Under the pieces are notes generated by a model. That model made no database searches and was not told the origin of the DNA. It saw nothing but the letters and a program-made list of their open reading frames with translations. DNA of 64,000 nt from Alphaproteobacteria bacterium (lineage in GTDB: Bacteria > Pseudomonadota > Alphaproteobacteria > Rs-D84). Numbering within the stretch: the first letter of the stretch is position 1; each line of letters starts with the position of its first letter. The stretch covers positions 3,354 through 67,353 of the forward strand of contig JAVBUT010000008.1 of assembly GCA_031555055.1 (NCBI GenBank), given 5' to 3'. Positions 33,187-42,400 of the stretch are shown here, in pieces. A program made the translations under genes and the position numbers.

Positions 33187-33291
33187 CGATAGTCAATAGT
33201 CGATAGTCATTACCATGGGCGCAAATATGCGCCCTTATCAAATTCGATTTACGGTTTATGAAAAAAGGGCGCGTTTCCACGCGCCCCTACT
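33187..33291. repeat. Single-arm GTCAATA array followed by two REP hairpins
   Basis: CGATAGTCAATAGTCGATAGTCATTAC, then GGGCGCAAATATGCGCCC (33217-33234), then GGGCGCGTTTCCACGCGCCCCTAC (33267-33291). Confidence 0.85.
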
Positions 33292-33296
33292 ATTTG

Positions 33297-34991
33297 CTAA
33301 TGATTCGCTTCCAGTTCGGCATAGTGGTCGTTGCGCATATTGCCCAACAGCTTGGTTATTTTGCCCTGTGACACGCCGACATTCTCTAACACTTCCTGGC
33401 CCAGCATAAATGATGATTCAACCGTTTCCGGGAACGCTTCCATAACGCCTTCGCGTACCAGTATTTTGGATTCTTCCATATTACGCGCACGTGCGAATAT
33501 TTTGACACGCGGCGTGACTTCGCGTATTGCGCGAACAGTCCTTTTCGCAACTGCGGCGTTGTCCAGCGCGACCACAACCGCACGCACGCGGCGCGGCGCC
33601 AGTCCCATTTCGCGCAGTATCTGCGTATTGCTGGTATCGCCATAGAACACGTTAAATCCGCGCTCGCGACCCATTACGACAGAATCCGCGTTCAGGTCAA
33701 TTGCGACATACGGGATTTTTTCAGACTCTAACATTTTGGCGATGATCTGGCCGACGCGGCCGAATCCGCATATGATTACTTCTGGCTTTATCTGGATTTC
33801 GACGGTGTTTAATTTTTTGGAATGCATGCCCGGGAACAGCTTTCCGGACTTTTGCAAACGGTCATATATCGCCAGCAGTATCGGTGTCGTCATCAGCGAC
33901 AGCACGATTATCGCCGTCAGAATTTCTGCGTGCACGGACGGTATGGCTTCGATCCCGCTGGACTTCATAGTATGCAGCATCAACAGTCCGAATTCGCCGC
34001 CCTGGGCCAGTATCAGCGCCATCAGGAATGAATCATGCGGCTTTACATGACGCACACGCGCAACGACATAGATTGCGGCGAATTTTATGACGACCAGCGC
34101 AACCAGCCCCAGCGTGATCACCAACCAATTATCACCCAGCATGTTCAGATTAAAGCCCATCCCCAGCGCGATGAAAAAGAATGCTAAAAACATTGTCGCA
34201 TATGGTGATATTTCCACCTGGACCTGGTGTCTGTATATCGTTTCAGACAACAGCATACCGGCCAAAAAAGCCCCCAGTTCCGCCGGCAAACCCAACATAT
34301 CCAGAACCACCGACCAAACGATGATGTTCAGCATTATCGTCAACAGAAAGGCTTCTTTGGATTTCAGTCTTGTGACCGCCTTCATCAGCGGATTCAGCAA
34401 AAAGCGCCCCACAATCACAACCCCCAGAATCAGACCAATCGACATCACTGAAACATCGATTACCGTCGCGCCCAGATCGAATGATTTTCCCGCGAACACC
34501 GGCAACATCGCCAACAGCGGAATCGCCAGCAAGTTTTGAAACAACAGTATGGAAAAAGTCTGGCGCCCCATATCCGTCTGCAGTTCGTTGCGGTCGGCCA
34601 GAATCTGCAGGTCGGTCGACGTGCTGGACATTGCCAGAATCAGCGACACCATTATCGTACCCATGATCGACCATGTCGTCACCCCGAACAGTATCGGGAA
34701 CAGCATTACGACCACCATCAGAACCTGGGCCGCACCCAGACCGAATATATTGTGCTTCATCTGCCACAGACGTTTGATGTTTATTTCCAGCCCCAGCGTG
34801 AACCACAGGAACATTATGCCGATCTGGCCCAGGAATTTCCATATTTCGGTCAGTTCAAACAATCCCAAAACATAAGGGCCCGTCAAAATACCGGCCAGCA
34901 AAAACGCCAGCAATGTTCCAATTCGCGCCAAACGCAATGCAAACACCAACACCAGCGCGATCGCAAAAAATATTAATATCGATAGTGACAT
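33297..34991 (-). CDS. CPA2-family K+/H+ antiporter with C-terminal RCK/TrkA-N domain (KefB/KefC-like)
   Basis: Multi-TM Na_H_exchanger-like body. VIICGFGRVGQIIAKML Rossmann motif. Start at MSLSIL. Confidence 0.85.
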   Translation of the reverse strand: MSLSILIFFAIALVLVFALRLARIGTLLAFLLAGILTGPYVLGLFELTEIWKFLGQIGIMFLWFTLGLEINIKRLWQMKHNIFGLGAAQVLMVVVMLFPILFGVTTWSIMGTIMVSLILAMSSTSTDLQILADRNELQTDMGRQTFSILLFQNLLAIPLLAMLPVFAGKSFDLGATVIDVSVMSIGLILGVVIVGRFLLNPLMKAVTRLKSKEAFLLTIMLNIIVWSVVLDMLGLPAELGAFLAGMLLSETIYRHQVQVEISPYATMFLAFFFIALGMGFNLNMLGDNWLVITLGLVALVVIKFAAIYVVARVRHVKPHDSFLMALILAQGGEFGLLMLHTMKSSGIEAIPSVHAEILTAIIVLSLMTTPILLAIYDRLQKSGKLFPGMHSKKLNTVEIQIKPEVIICGFGRVGQIIAKMLESEKIPYVAIDLNADSVVMGRERGFNVFYGDTSNTQILREMGLAPRRVRAVVVALDNAAVAKRTVRAIREVTPRVKIFARARNMEESKILVREGVMEAFPETVESSFMLGQEVLENVGVSQGKITKLLGNMRNDHYAELEANH

Positions 34992-35152
34992 AGGGCTCTC
35001 TCTCTTCTCTCTGACTTTTCTATGCGACAATTATATCAAAATTGGGAAATAAAATTAACATGGATTTTTATCGTCACCCTTGTTAAAGGTGGACAAGCCA
35101 AGTTTTAAAACTTGCAAGACCAAATTATTTCTATGAAATTAAATATTCTTAT

Positions 35153-35989
35153 CTACAATTTTTCTGCAATTTCTGCGAACTTTTCCGGTGATAGCTCTTC
35201 GGCACGCTCACGTCCGCTCAGACCAAACTGTGACCAATCGACGCCGGGCATAATTCCGCGAATCATCTTGCGCCGCTGGCCGAACAGTTTCGCGGTCAAG
35301 GCTTCGATTTTTTCTAATTCCTGATTCCTGGCTGCTGATTCCTTGGGCACAATCTGCACAACAGCACTTTGCACCTTGGGCGCGGGAAAGAATGCGGTGT
35401 TCGGAACATTGAATAAAATCCGTGCGTCCGCGACCATTGCCGTCAAAACCGCCAAGCGACCGTAATGTTCGTCACCGACGCGCGCGACAATACGCATCGC
35501 CACTTCGCGTTGGAACATCAAGGTCAATGACGTGATTCGTGATTCGTGATTCGTGATTCGTTCTGCCATAATATGCAACCACCTTATCAACAGTTCCGTA
35601 CCAACATTGTACGGCAGATTGGAACAAACCGCCCAGTTCCCGGTTCCGAATTCCCAGTCCCCATTTTTCAACGCATCGCCAAAAATAATTTCCAAGCGAC
35701 CGTCGGCGGCCATGGCGATTTTTTCCAATATCGGCGCAGTGGCTTTATCCTTTTCAATCGCGATTACATGTTTTGCACCCGCCAATAATAAAGCGCGCGT
35801 CAAACCACCCGGGCCCGGCCCAACTTCGACCACGGTAATATTTTCAATATCCGGCACGGCGCGTGCGATCTTGCCCGTCAGATTCAAATCAAACAGGAAA
35901 TTCTGGCCGAATTGCTTTTTCGGTTCCAACCCCGCGTCACGCATCATTTCCGACACCGGCGGCAATGATTCTAATTGTTTATTTACCAT
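35153..35989 (-). CDS. rsmA: 16S rRNA (adenine1518/1519-N6)-dimethyltransferase
   Basis: KKQFGQNFLFD, VVEVGPGPGGLT, SNLPYNVGT, LMFQREVA, FFPAPKV. Carries two in-frame 7-mer repeat tracts. Confidence 0.9.
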   Translation of the reverse strand: MVNKQLESLPPVSEMMRDAGLEPKKQFGQNFLFDLNLTGKIARAVPDIENITVVEVGPGPGGLTRALLLAGAKHVIAIEKDKATAPILEKIAMAADGRLEIIFGDALKNGDWEFGTGNWAVCSNLPYNVGTELLIRWLHIMAERITNHESRITSLTLMFQREVAMRIVARVGDEHYGRLAVLTAMVADARILFNVPNTAFFPAPKVQSAVVQIVPKESAARNQELEKIEALTAKLFGQRRKMIRGIMPGVDWSQFGLSGRERAEELSPEKFAEIAEKL

Positions 35990-36684
35990 TTTTCCGCCTG
36001 ACGCTGACTCATTTGCATCTTTATTGCTATTTGGTCTTCAGCAACCTTGTACATTTTCTTGGATGCCATCTTAAATAATACGTTAAAATCAGCCAGCTGT
36101 ACTTTAGATAATGTTTTCAAAAAGTTCACATTATACGACGTCATATAAAAATTCATCAAACGATTTAACATTTGTGTATCTAGATTTTTTGAGAACACAC
36201 CAGCTGGTTTTTTATCTGATAAATATTCAATAAAGTGTGACATTACCTTGGAATATTGTTTAGATATATAATCTTGGGATTCCGCTTTTATAAAAGATTT
36301 TTTTATGGCCATGAAAATATTTGCGGAATCTATTTTTTTATCAAAAAGTTCATCCACAATATGTGCGGATAATTCATCCAAAAACATTAATAACGCAAAT
36401 TCATACGGATTATTAGCATAGGAAAAAGATAACATGTCCCGATTATGCAAATGATGCAGTTCATGCACCAATGTCTTTTGTCTTATATCGCCCAATCTTT
36501 TGGCTAAATCCAATGCATATGAACGATGTATGGGTGAAATTTTGTCAGATACATAAAAAGTATATAGCTCTATTTCTTTAGTTCCAATATTAATCTTGGC
36601 CGGTGCCAACGGAATGCCATTTTTAATATCTTCAATCAGTTTATCATCTATAAAAATATCTTTTTCAATTATTTTTGGTGTCAT
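35983..36684 (-). CDS. Low-GC hypothetical protein with HExxH motif (233 aa)
   Basis: LVHELHHLHNRD, with a downstream DELSAH. Overlaps the recR stop (ATGA) and the rsmA start (7 nt). GC is clearly lower than in its neighbours. Confidence 0.55.
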   Translation of the reverse strand: MTPKIIEKDIFIDDKLIEDIKNGIPLAPAKINIGTKEIELYTFYVSDKISPIHRSYALDLAKRLGDIRQKTLVHELHHLHNRDMLSFSYANNPYEFALLMFLDELSAHIVDELFDKKIDSANIFMAIKKSFIKAESQDYISKQYSKVMSHFIEYLSDKKPAGVFSKNLDTQMLNRLMNFYMTSYNVNFLKTLSKVQLADFNVLFKMASKKMYKVAEDQIAIKMQMSQRQAEKW

Positions 36685-37277
36685 ATTTGTTTCCTGCCCC
36701 CAAACGCCAGCGACAGCGTGCCGTCGTCGATATAGTCCAAGTCACCGCCCAACGGTACGCCGGATGCCAATTCCGAAAATGTAACATCTGCGTCACCGAT
36801 GACGGACATTACGTAATGCTGGGTTGTTTTGCCTTCGACCGTGTTGGGCAGCGCGAAAATAATTTCTGTTATGTTTTCATCCGCGATTCGTGCGCCCAGT
36901 GTCGCGATATTCAGATCATCCGGTGTCGTACCGGTCGCGCCGGACAGCTGTCCCCCCAAAACGTGATAGCGTCCATTAAACACGCCGGACTTTTCCAGCG
37001 TCCAAACATCGCCCAGATCACGCACAATGCATAACTGGCCATTTGCGCGCGTCATATCGCGACAGAATTCGCACGATCCGTTTTCAACATCCATCAACGC
37101 GCCGCATACCGGACAAGGCTTTACCGTATCCGCCGCATCCATCAGCGCCGCCGCCAGATTTATCGCACGACCGGTCTTGTCCTGCAACAATGCCAACACT
37201 ATACGCTGGGCCGCACGACCGCCGACCCGCGGCAGCTTTGCAAATTGTTTGATAAGCTTTTCAATTTTATTATTCAT
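36681..37277 (-). CDS. recR: Recombination protein RecR
   Basis: LPRVGGRAAQRIVLALL, C4 zinc finger CPVCGAL...CEFC, and a Toprim-like region. Confidence 0.95.
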   Translation of the reverse strand: MNNKIEKLIKQFAKLPRVGGRAAQRIVLALLQDKTGRAINLAAALMDAADTVKPCPVCGALMDVENGSCEFCRDMTRANGQLCIVRDLGDVWTLEKSGVFNGRYHVLGGQLSGATGTTPDDLNIATLGARIADENITEIIFALPNTVEGKTTQHYVMSVIGDADVTFSELASGVPLGGDLDYIDDGTLSLAFGGRKQI

Positions 37278-38399
37278 TTAATGAAACACATAGCTGTCAA
37301 TGCCGGTGGCGCTGGCATTATTTTTTAATTTTTGGGCCGATCCTTCGGACAATCCGTTTGCGCGCACGCGAAACATCCCATTGGGCGCCTGCTCTATCAT
37401 TGTGCTGACCCCCAGTGCATTTTTAACTTTATTCTGCTGGGCGGTGGCGGCCGATTTGGATGAAAATGCGCCGAACTGGACCCCGGAACCGCCGGATTGC
37501 ACCGTGACCGGCACGGGTGTCTTTTGCGGCGGTGGCGCAGAATAAGCTTCTTCATCAGTTTCGTCATCATAAGAATATTTCTGCAACGTCGGTGCGGCGC
37601 CAACCTTGACCAGTTCGAATCCCTTGTTCAGCATGCGGACAGACGCCGCCGCGCGAACATCCTTGGTGGACGCGCCCAGGACGACGGACATCAAGTGTTT
37701 GTTTCCGCGCCGCGCCGTCGCAACCAGCGAATATTTCGACTTGTTCGTGTATCCGGTTTTCATACCGTCACAGCCCGGATAAGTTTCCAGCAACCGATTT
37801 CCGTTATTGTATGTTTTGCCATTATACGTCCATGACTTGATTCCGAAATATTTCCAGTATTGCGGAAAATGTTTATACACTGCCATAGACAGCAACGCGA
37901 TATCGCGCGCCGTCGACAAATGATCATCGTCCGGCAGACCGGACGAATTCGCAAAGTTTGTCTTCGACAGTCCGATTTCGTTCGCGACATGCGTCATCAG
38001 CGACGCAAAGTTTCCTTCTTTGCCACCCTTTAAATTTTCGGCCAGCACGCGCGCAACGTCGTTCGCGCTGTGCACGGCAAGCGCCTTGATCGCGTCTTCG
38101 ACCTTGATCTTTGATCCCGCGGCCAGCCCCAGTTTAACCGGCGACGCATTCGCGGCGGATTGCGACACGATCAGATAATCATCCAAGTGCAAGCGTCCGT
38201 GTTCCAGCGCGTCGAACGTCAGATACAGCGTCATAATTTTGGTCAATGACGCCGGATAGTTCAGATCGCTGGCGTTTTCCTGGTACAGTACCTGGCCGGT
38301 ATCCATATCCGCGACCAAGGCCGCCCGATAATCCGCAGCATGCGCCACAGAAATGAAAAATGAAAAATGAAGAATGAAAAATGTAATTAGTTTTCTCAT
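37278..38399 (-). CDS. D-alanyl-D-alanine carboxypeptidase (S11, PBP5/6-like) with C-terminal SPOR domain
   Basis: SLTK, HSAN and KTGYT active-site motifs. Tail VQFGAFSSKSAATAQ...MFRVRANGLSEGSAQKL. Signal peptide MRKLITFFILHFSFFISVAHA. Confidence 0.88.
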   Translation of the reverse strand: MRKLITFFILHFSFFISVAHAADYRAALVADMDTGQVLYQENASDLNYPASLTKIMTLYLTFDALEHGRLHLDDYLIVSQSAANASPVKLGLAAGSKIKVEDAIKALAVHSANDVARVLAENLKGGKEGNFASLMTHVANEIGLSKTNFANSSGLPDDDHLSTARDIALLSMAVYKHFPQYWKYFGIKSWTYNGKTYNNGNRLLETYPGCDGMKTGYTNKSKYSLVATARRGNKHLMSVVLGASTKDVRAAASVRMLNKGFELVKVGAAPTLQKYSYDDETDEEAYSAPPPQKTPVPVTVQSGGSGVQFGAFSSKSAATAQQNKVKNALGVSTMIEQAPNGMFRVRANGLSEGSAQKLKNNASATGIDSYVFH

Positions 38400-38485
38400 G
38401 AACAAAATGATACAAAAAATTCGACACACGGGTCAATGGATAAAACAGTATTAATTTTTCATTCTTCATTTTTCATTTTTCATTT
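38351..38485. repeat. Perfect 32-bp inverted repeat (AATGAAA family) with a 71-nt loop holding the dac start codon
   Basis: AAATGAAAAATGAAAAATGAAGAATGAAAAAT (38351-38382) is the exact reverse complement of 38454-38485. Confidence 0.95.
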
Positions 38486-38486
38486 A

Positions 38487-38508
38487 AAAACGCCCCGTGG
38501 GGCGTTTT
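38487..38508 (-). terminator. Terminator downstream of pyk (bidirectional shape)
   Basis: AAAACGCCCC-GTG-GGGCGTTTT with A/T runs on both sides. Confidence 0.65.
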
Positions 38509-38613
38509 CGAAAATCAAAGAGAACGCTACAGATGTGCGGGTTTGATGCAGGGAGTGTATTGGACATACATGACCGGAATCAAACGCGTGCAGATGTACC
38601 GTTATATTTGATT

Positions 38614-39984
38614 TTAATCCAATGTTCGCAGTGAAATTTTATCCTCGTCCACAATAACCAGCTTGCCCCGGTTAATCTGGAATGCGCGTGCAGCGTTGAA
38701 TGCATCACGCTGGCCGTATAATTGCGTGTCACAGATCGGGAACACACCGCGCGACAGACACAGCTGGTTCGCGATGACTTCTTCATTGCAAACCGCAATA
38801 ATCGGCAAGTCCGGGCGACGGCATGAAATCTGGGTCGCAGAAACCGTATCGCGCGCGAATACGACAATTGCGGACGCCTTGTTCAGATACGCAATCGACG
38901 CGATCGAACGCGACCAATCGTTTTCCGGCAGATTTTCCGTACGCGACCATTCCGCCGCATTTGCCAATGCGTCTTCATCCGCATATTTTAAAATTTTCGC
39001 CATGGTTTCAACCACAGTAACCGGATGATCACCGATTGTTGTTTCTTCGGATGTCATGGTTGAATCAACGCGCAAATACGATGCCGACGCGATGTCTGAA
39101 ATTTCCGCACGCAGCGGGAATTCATTGTGCACCATTGACCCCAGCATCTGCGTCGCCATGATCACAGGTTTGTTTTTACGACGGCAATCGCGGATAATCT
39201 GGCGCGAAATCGCCGGCACGCGTTCAAACGGTAATTCAACCGCCAAATCCCCGCGCGCAATCATAATTCCATCGGTTGCATCAACAATTTCTTCCAGTCT
39301 TTCGATTGCCTGGGGACGTTCAACCTTTACAATAATCTTGACCGGATGGGCCGTACGTTCAGTGATAAATTCGCGCGTTTCGATGACGTCTGCGGCACTT
39401 TGCACAAAAGAAATCGCAACAAAGTCCGGATTTTTAGTCAGTGCATATTCCAGATCATGACGATCTTTGGATGTCAGCACAGATGTTTTTATTTCCGTAT
39501 CCGGCAGGTTAAAGCCGCGGCGCGACCATATTTCAGTACCGCGAACGACCGTTGTTTCGATTTTTGTGCCACTGATTTTTTCGACTTTTAGTTCAATCTT
39601 GCCGTCGTTCAATAAAACGCGATCGCCAACATTTATCGATTTGATAACATCCAAATCCGGCAACTGCACGCGCGTCGCGTCACCCGGCGTCGGATCGTTA
39701 TCCAGTATGAATTTATTTCCCGCCTGTAACGGATAAACATCTTCGGTTTTAAAATTTCCGATACGGTGTTTTGGGCCTTGCAAATCGGCGATGATCGCGA
39801 TTGGGCGCCCTGTGTCCCGGGATATTTTACGGATCGCGTCGATCTTTTTTCCTTGGGCTTCATCGGTATCGTGACTGAAATTCAGGCGGCATACGTTGAC
39901 ACCCGCGTCGATCATTTTTGCCAACATTTCCGGGCTTTCGCTGTTTGGGCCGATTGATGAAGTTATTTTTGTGAATCTGTTCAT
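38614..39984 (-). CDS. pyk: Pyruvate kinase
   Basis: KITSSIGPNSESPEML, NFSHD, MIARGDLAVELP, ATQMLGSM. Confidence 0.92.
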   Translation of the reverse strand: MNRFTKITSSIGPNSESPEMLAKMIDAGVNVCRLNFSHDTDEAQGKKIDAIRKISRDTGRPIAIIADLQGPKHRIGNFKTEDVYPLQAGNKFILDNDPTPGDATRVQLPDLDVIKSINVGDRVLLNDGKIELKVEKISGTKIETTVVRGTEIWSRRGFNLPDTEIKTSVLTSKDRHDLEYALTKNPDFVAISFVQSAADVIETREFITERTAHPVKIIVKVERPQAIERLEEIVDATDGIMIARGDLAVELPFERVPAISRQIIRDCRRKNKPVIMATQMLGSMVHNEFPLRAEISDIASASYLRVDSTMTSEETTIGDHPVTVVETMAKILKYADEDALANAAEWSRTENLPENDWSRSIASIAYLNKASAIVVFARDTVSATQISCRRPDLPIIAVCNEEVIANQLCLSRGVFPICDTQLYGQRDAFNAARAFQINRGKLVIVDEDKISLRTLD

Positions 39985-40100
39985 GATTTTTCTTCCATTT
40001 TTGTTTTAAACCCGACGCTTTGGGGTTTTGTTTTTGTTTTTCTTGCATTTTGCGATCATTAATATATCATATGGGCAGATAAAAACAAGGGGAAGATTAC

Positions 40101-40349
40101 ATGAAACAAGCAAACCACGGTGCTATTGATAACTCTCAATTAATCACGATTATTGAACGCATTGAAAAGCTGAACGAAGACACCGCAAACATCGCGGCTG
40201 ACATCAAGGAAATTTTTTCCGAAGCGAAATCCGCCGGATTCGATCCAAAATATATCCGCCAGATGATCAGACTGCGCAAGCTGGACCCGGACGAATTGGA
40301 CGAACAGGACGAACTGGTCCAGATGTACCGCAAGGCATTGGGGATTTAA
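40101..40349 (+). CDS. gapR: DUF2312/GapR-family nucleoid-associated protein
   Basis: QLITIIERIEKLNEDTANIAADIKEIFSEAKSAGFDPKYIRQMIRLRK matches the GapR pattern. Confidence 0.8.
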   Translation: MKQANHGAIDNSQLITIIERIEKLNEDTANIAADIKEIFSEAKSAGFDPKYIRQMIRLRKLDPDELDEQDELVQMYRKALGI

Positions 40350-40410
40350 TGTTCAAAGTGCAAAGTGCAAAGTTCAATTAATTGCACTTTGAACTTTGAA
40401 CATTGAACAT
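40350..40410. repeat. Periodic hairpin, TGCAAAG/TTCAAAG 7-mer family
   Basis: TGTTCAAAGTGCAAAGTGCAAAGTTCAATT / AATTGCACTTTGAACTTTGAACATTGAACA. Occupies the whole 63-nt spacer. Confidence 0.9.
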
Positions 40411-40412
40411 TT

Positions 40413-40727
40413 ATGAAATCATTCACAAAAAACATTGAAAACTTTACCTGTGCCCATTGTGGCGCGGATGTTGTCGGCACCGGATACACAAACCATTGCC
40501 CAAAGTGTCTGTGGTCGCGCGACGTTGACAATAATCCCGGCGACCGGGCGTCCGCGTGCGGCGGCATGATGAAGCCGATCGCGATCGAACCAGAACACGA
40601 TCATTTTATAATTACGCATAAATGCGAAAAGTGCGGCAAGACCCGGCGCCAGCGCACCAGCCCCGATGACGATATGAACACGATCATCGCACTGTCTGCA
40701 AATCCTGATTTTATTTTTGGGAAATAA
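40413..40727 (+). CDS. RNHCP-domain zinc-ribbon protein
   Basis: FTCAHCGADVVGTGYTNHCPKCLWSRDVD ... KCEKCGK. Confidence 0.7.
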   Translation: MKSFTKNIENFTCAHCGADVVGTGYTNHCPKCLWSRDVDNNPGDRASACGGMMKPIAIEPEHDHFIITHKCEKCGKTRRQRTSPDDDMNTIIALSANPDFIFGK

Positions 40728-40775
40728 TTCAGAAATTCATCATATTTTTAAAATTTAGAAACAAGTTTATATCTC

Positions 40776-40862
40776 GCCGTCACCCCGGCGAACGCCGGGC
40801 CCCAGAAGCATAAAACAACCAATCATAAACTACTGGATACCGACGTACGTCGGTATGACGAC
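40776..40862. repeat. Two short palindromes of the GTCA(C/T)(C/T)CCGGC...GCCGG family
   Basis: CCCCGGCGAACGCCGGG and ATACCGACGTACGTCGGTAT. A related GTCATTCCGGCCCAAGCCGGAATAATGA lies at about 55670-55700. Confidence 0.7.
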
Positions 40863-40872
40863 ATGTTTTTGA

Positions 40873-42348
40873 CTATTTCTCTTTCGCGGCGCAAATAAAT
40901 GCATTGAATAAAACGTGTCCTGTGTACGGGCTGCTGCTGTATTCAGGATGAAACAGTGTCGCGACAAAGAACGGATGATCGGATGCCTCTATGATTTCCG
41001 CAAAGTCATCCGACTGTGATCTGGCAGAAACCCACAGGCCGTCCTTGGCAAATTCCGCAGAGATACCACACCTGTGTTTATGACGTTCGCTGACCATGTT
41101 GTCGGCGTATATTTTCCGGGCCAGCGTGCCGTCGCACAGCTTGCACACGTGCGATCCGATACGGCGGTCGCATTTTTTTACAGAACCGGCATCCGCGATC
41201 GCGCGCATGCCCGCCCCAATCCCCAGGTATGGGATTTTGTTCGCGCGCGCGTATCCGGCCGCTGCGACCTGGGCGTTGTCTATGTCATCGTCGAAATCCC
41301 CCGGCATCAATATTCCGTCCAGACCCATCATCTGATCAGGCGAAAAATTTTTTACATCGATTTTTCTGATATTCACATGAACGCCGTTGACAATGCCTGC
41401 ATGCAACAACGCTTCATTCAGCGACTTGTACGAATCCGGCGTTGCAAAGTATTTGCCGACAACGCCGACTGTGACACTTGGCAAACCGTTGGACAAATAC
41501 TTTTCGATCCGTTCGAAACGCGACATATCGCCGGGCTTGTTATCCAGGCCAAAGTGTTCCGCCATTATGGCAAACACGTTTTGTTCTTCGTACACCATCG
41601 GGATTTGATAGATATTATCAACATCGATTCCGCTGATGACATTGCGCGCCGGCAAGTTGCAGAACATTCCTATTTTTTCCCGTTCCGCCATATCGAACAT
41701 CCGCGCCGCGCGCACGATCAGCATATCCGCCTGGATTCCGTTTTCCAACAGCGCGCGCGTTGACATCTGGGTCGGCTTGGTTTTCAGCTCTCCGCTTTTT
41801 TCCAAATACGGCGCCAGCGTCAAGTGCACGAACATGACATTGCGCCGACCGATGTCAAAGGCGAACTGACGCGCCGATTCCAAAAATATTTTCCCTTCGA
41901 TATCGCCGACCGTGCCGCCGATTTCACATATCACAAAGTCCGTCCCGGTCGGTGCGGATATGTATTCCTTGATCTTGTTTGAAACATGCGGGATCATCTG
42001 GACGGTTCCGCCGCCGTATTCGCCACGGCGCTCTGCGTTCAATACATCCCAGTAAATCCGCCCGCCAGACACGGAATCGTTGCGCGTTAATTTCACGCCC
42101 AGAAATCTTTCATAATATCCCAAATCCAAATCCGTTTCGTGCCCGTCGGTTGTGACATAGACCTCACCATGTTGCAGCGGGGACATGGCGCCCGGATCTA
42201 TATTTAAATACGGGTCGAATTTTCGCGCGTGTACCGTGTATCCGCGCGATTGTAAAAGGGCGCCCAACGATGCCGCTGCGACGCCCTTGCCCAGACTGGA
42301 TACCACACCGCCTGTTACGAAAATATATTTTGGGGATTTTTGCTCCAT
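40873..42348 (-). CDS. pyrG: CTP synthase with a shortened, apparently nucleophile-less glutaminase domain
   Basis: KYIFVTGGVVSSLGKG, DPYLNIDPGAMSPLQHGEVYVTTDGHETDLDLGYYERF. The GATase region reads PYLGIGAGMR where LGICLGMQ is expected. 491 aa. Confidence 0.88.
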   Translation of the reverse strand: MEQKSPKYIFVTGGVVSSLGKGVAAASLGALLQSRGYTVHARKFDPYLNIDPGAMSPLQHGEVYVTTDGHETDLDLGYYERFLGVKLTRNDSVSGGRIYWDVLNAERRGEYGGGTVQMIPHVSNKIKEYISAPTGTDFVICEIGGTVGDIEGKIFLESARQFAFDIGRRNVMFVHLTLAPYLEKSGELKTKPTQMSTRALLENGIQADMLIVRAARMFDMAEREKIGMFCNLPARNVISGIDVDNIYQIPMVYEEQNVFAIMAEHFGLDNKPGDMSRFERIEKYLSNGLPSVTVGVVGKYFATPDSYKSLNEALLHAGIVNGVHVNIRKIDVKNFSPDQMMGLDGILMPGDFDDDIDNAQVAAAGYARANKIPYLGIGAGMRAIADAGSVKKCDRRIGSHVCKLCDGTLARKIYADNMVSERHKHRCGISAEFAKDGLWVSARSQSDDFAEIIEASDHPFFVATLFHPEYSSSPYTGHVLFNAFICAAKEK

Positions 42349-42370
42349 AAGTGACTCCTTATGGACTTTT

Positions 42371-42400
42371 ATTATAAGATTTTTTTGACATTTGTGTCAA
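42371..42400 (-). promoter_or_regulatory. Candidate pyrG promoter TTGACA-18 nt-TATAAT, with the -35 inside the palindrome TTGACA-TTTG-TGTCAA
   Basis: Read on the minus strand: TTGACACAAATGTCAAAAAAATCTTATAAT, then AAGGAG RBS 7 nt before the ATG. Confidence 0.55.
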
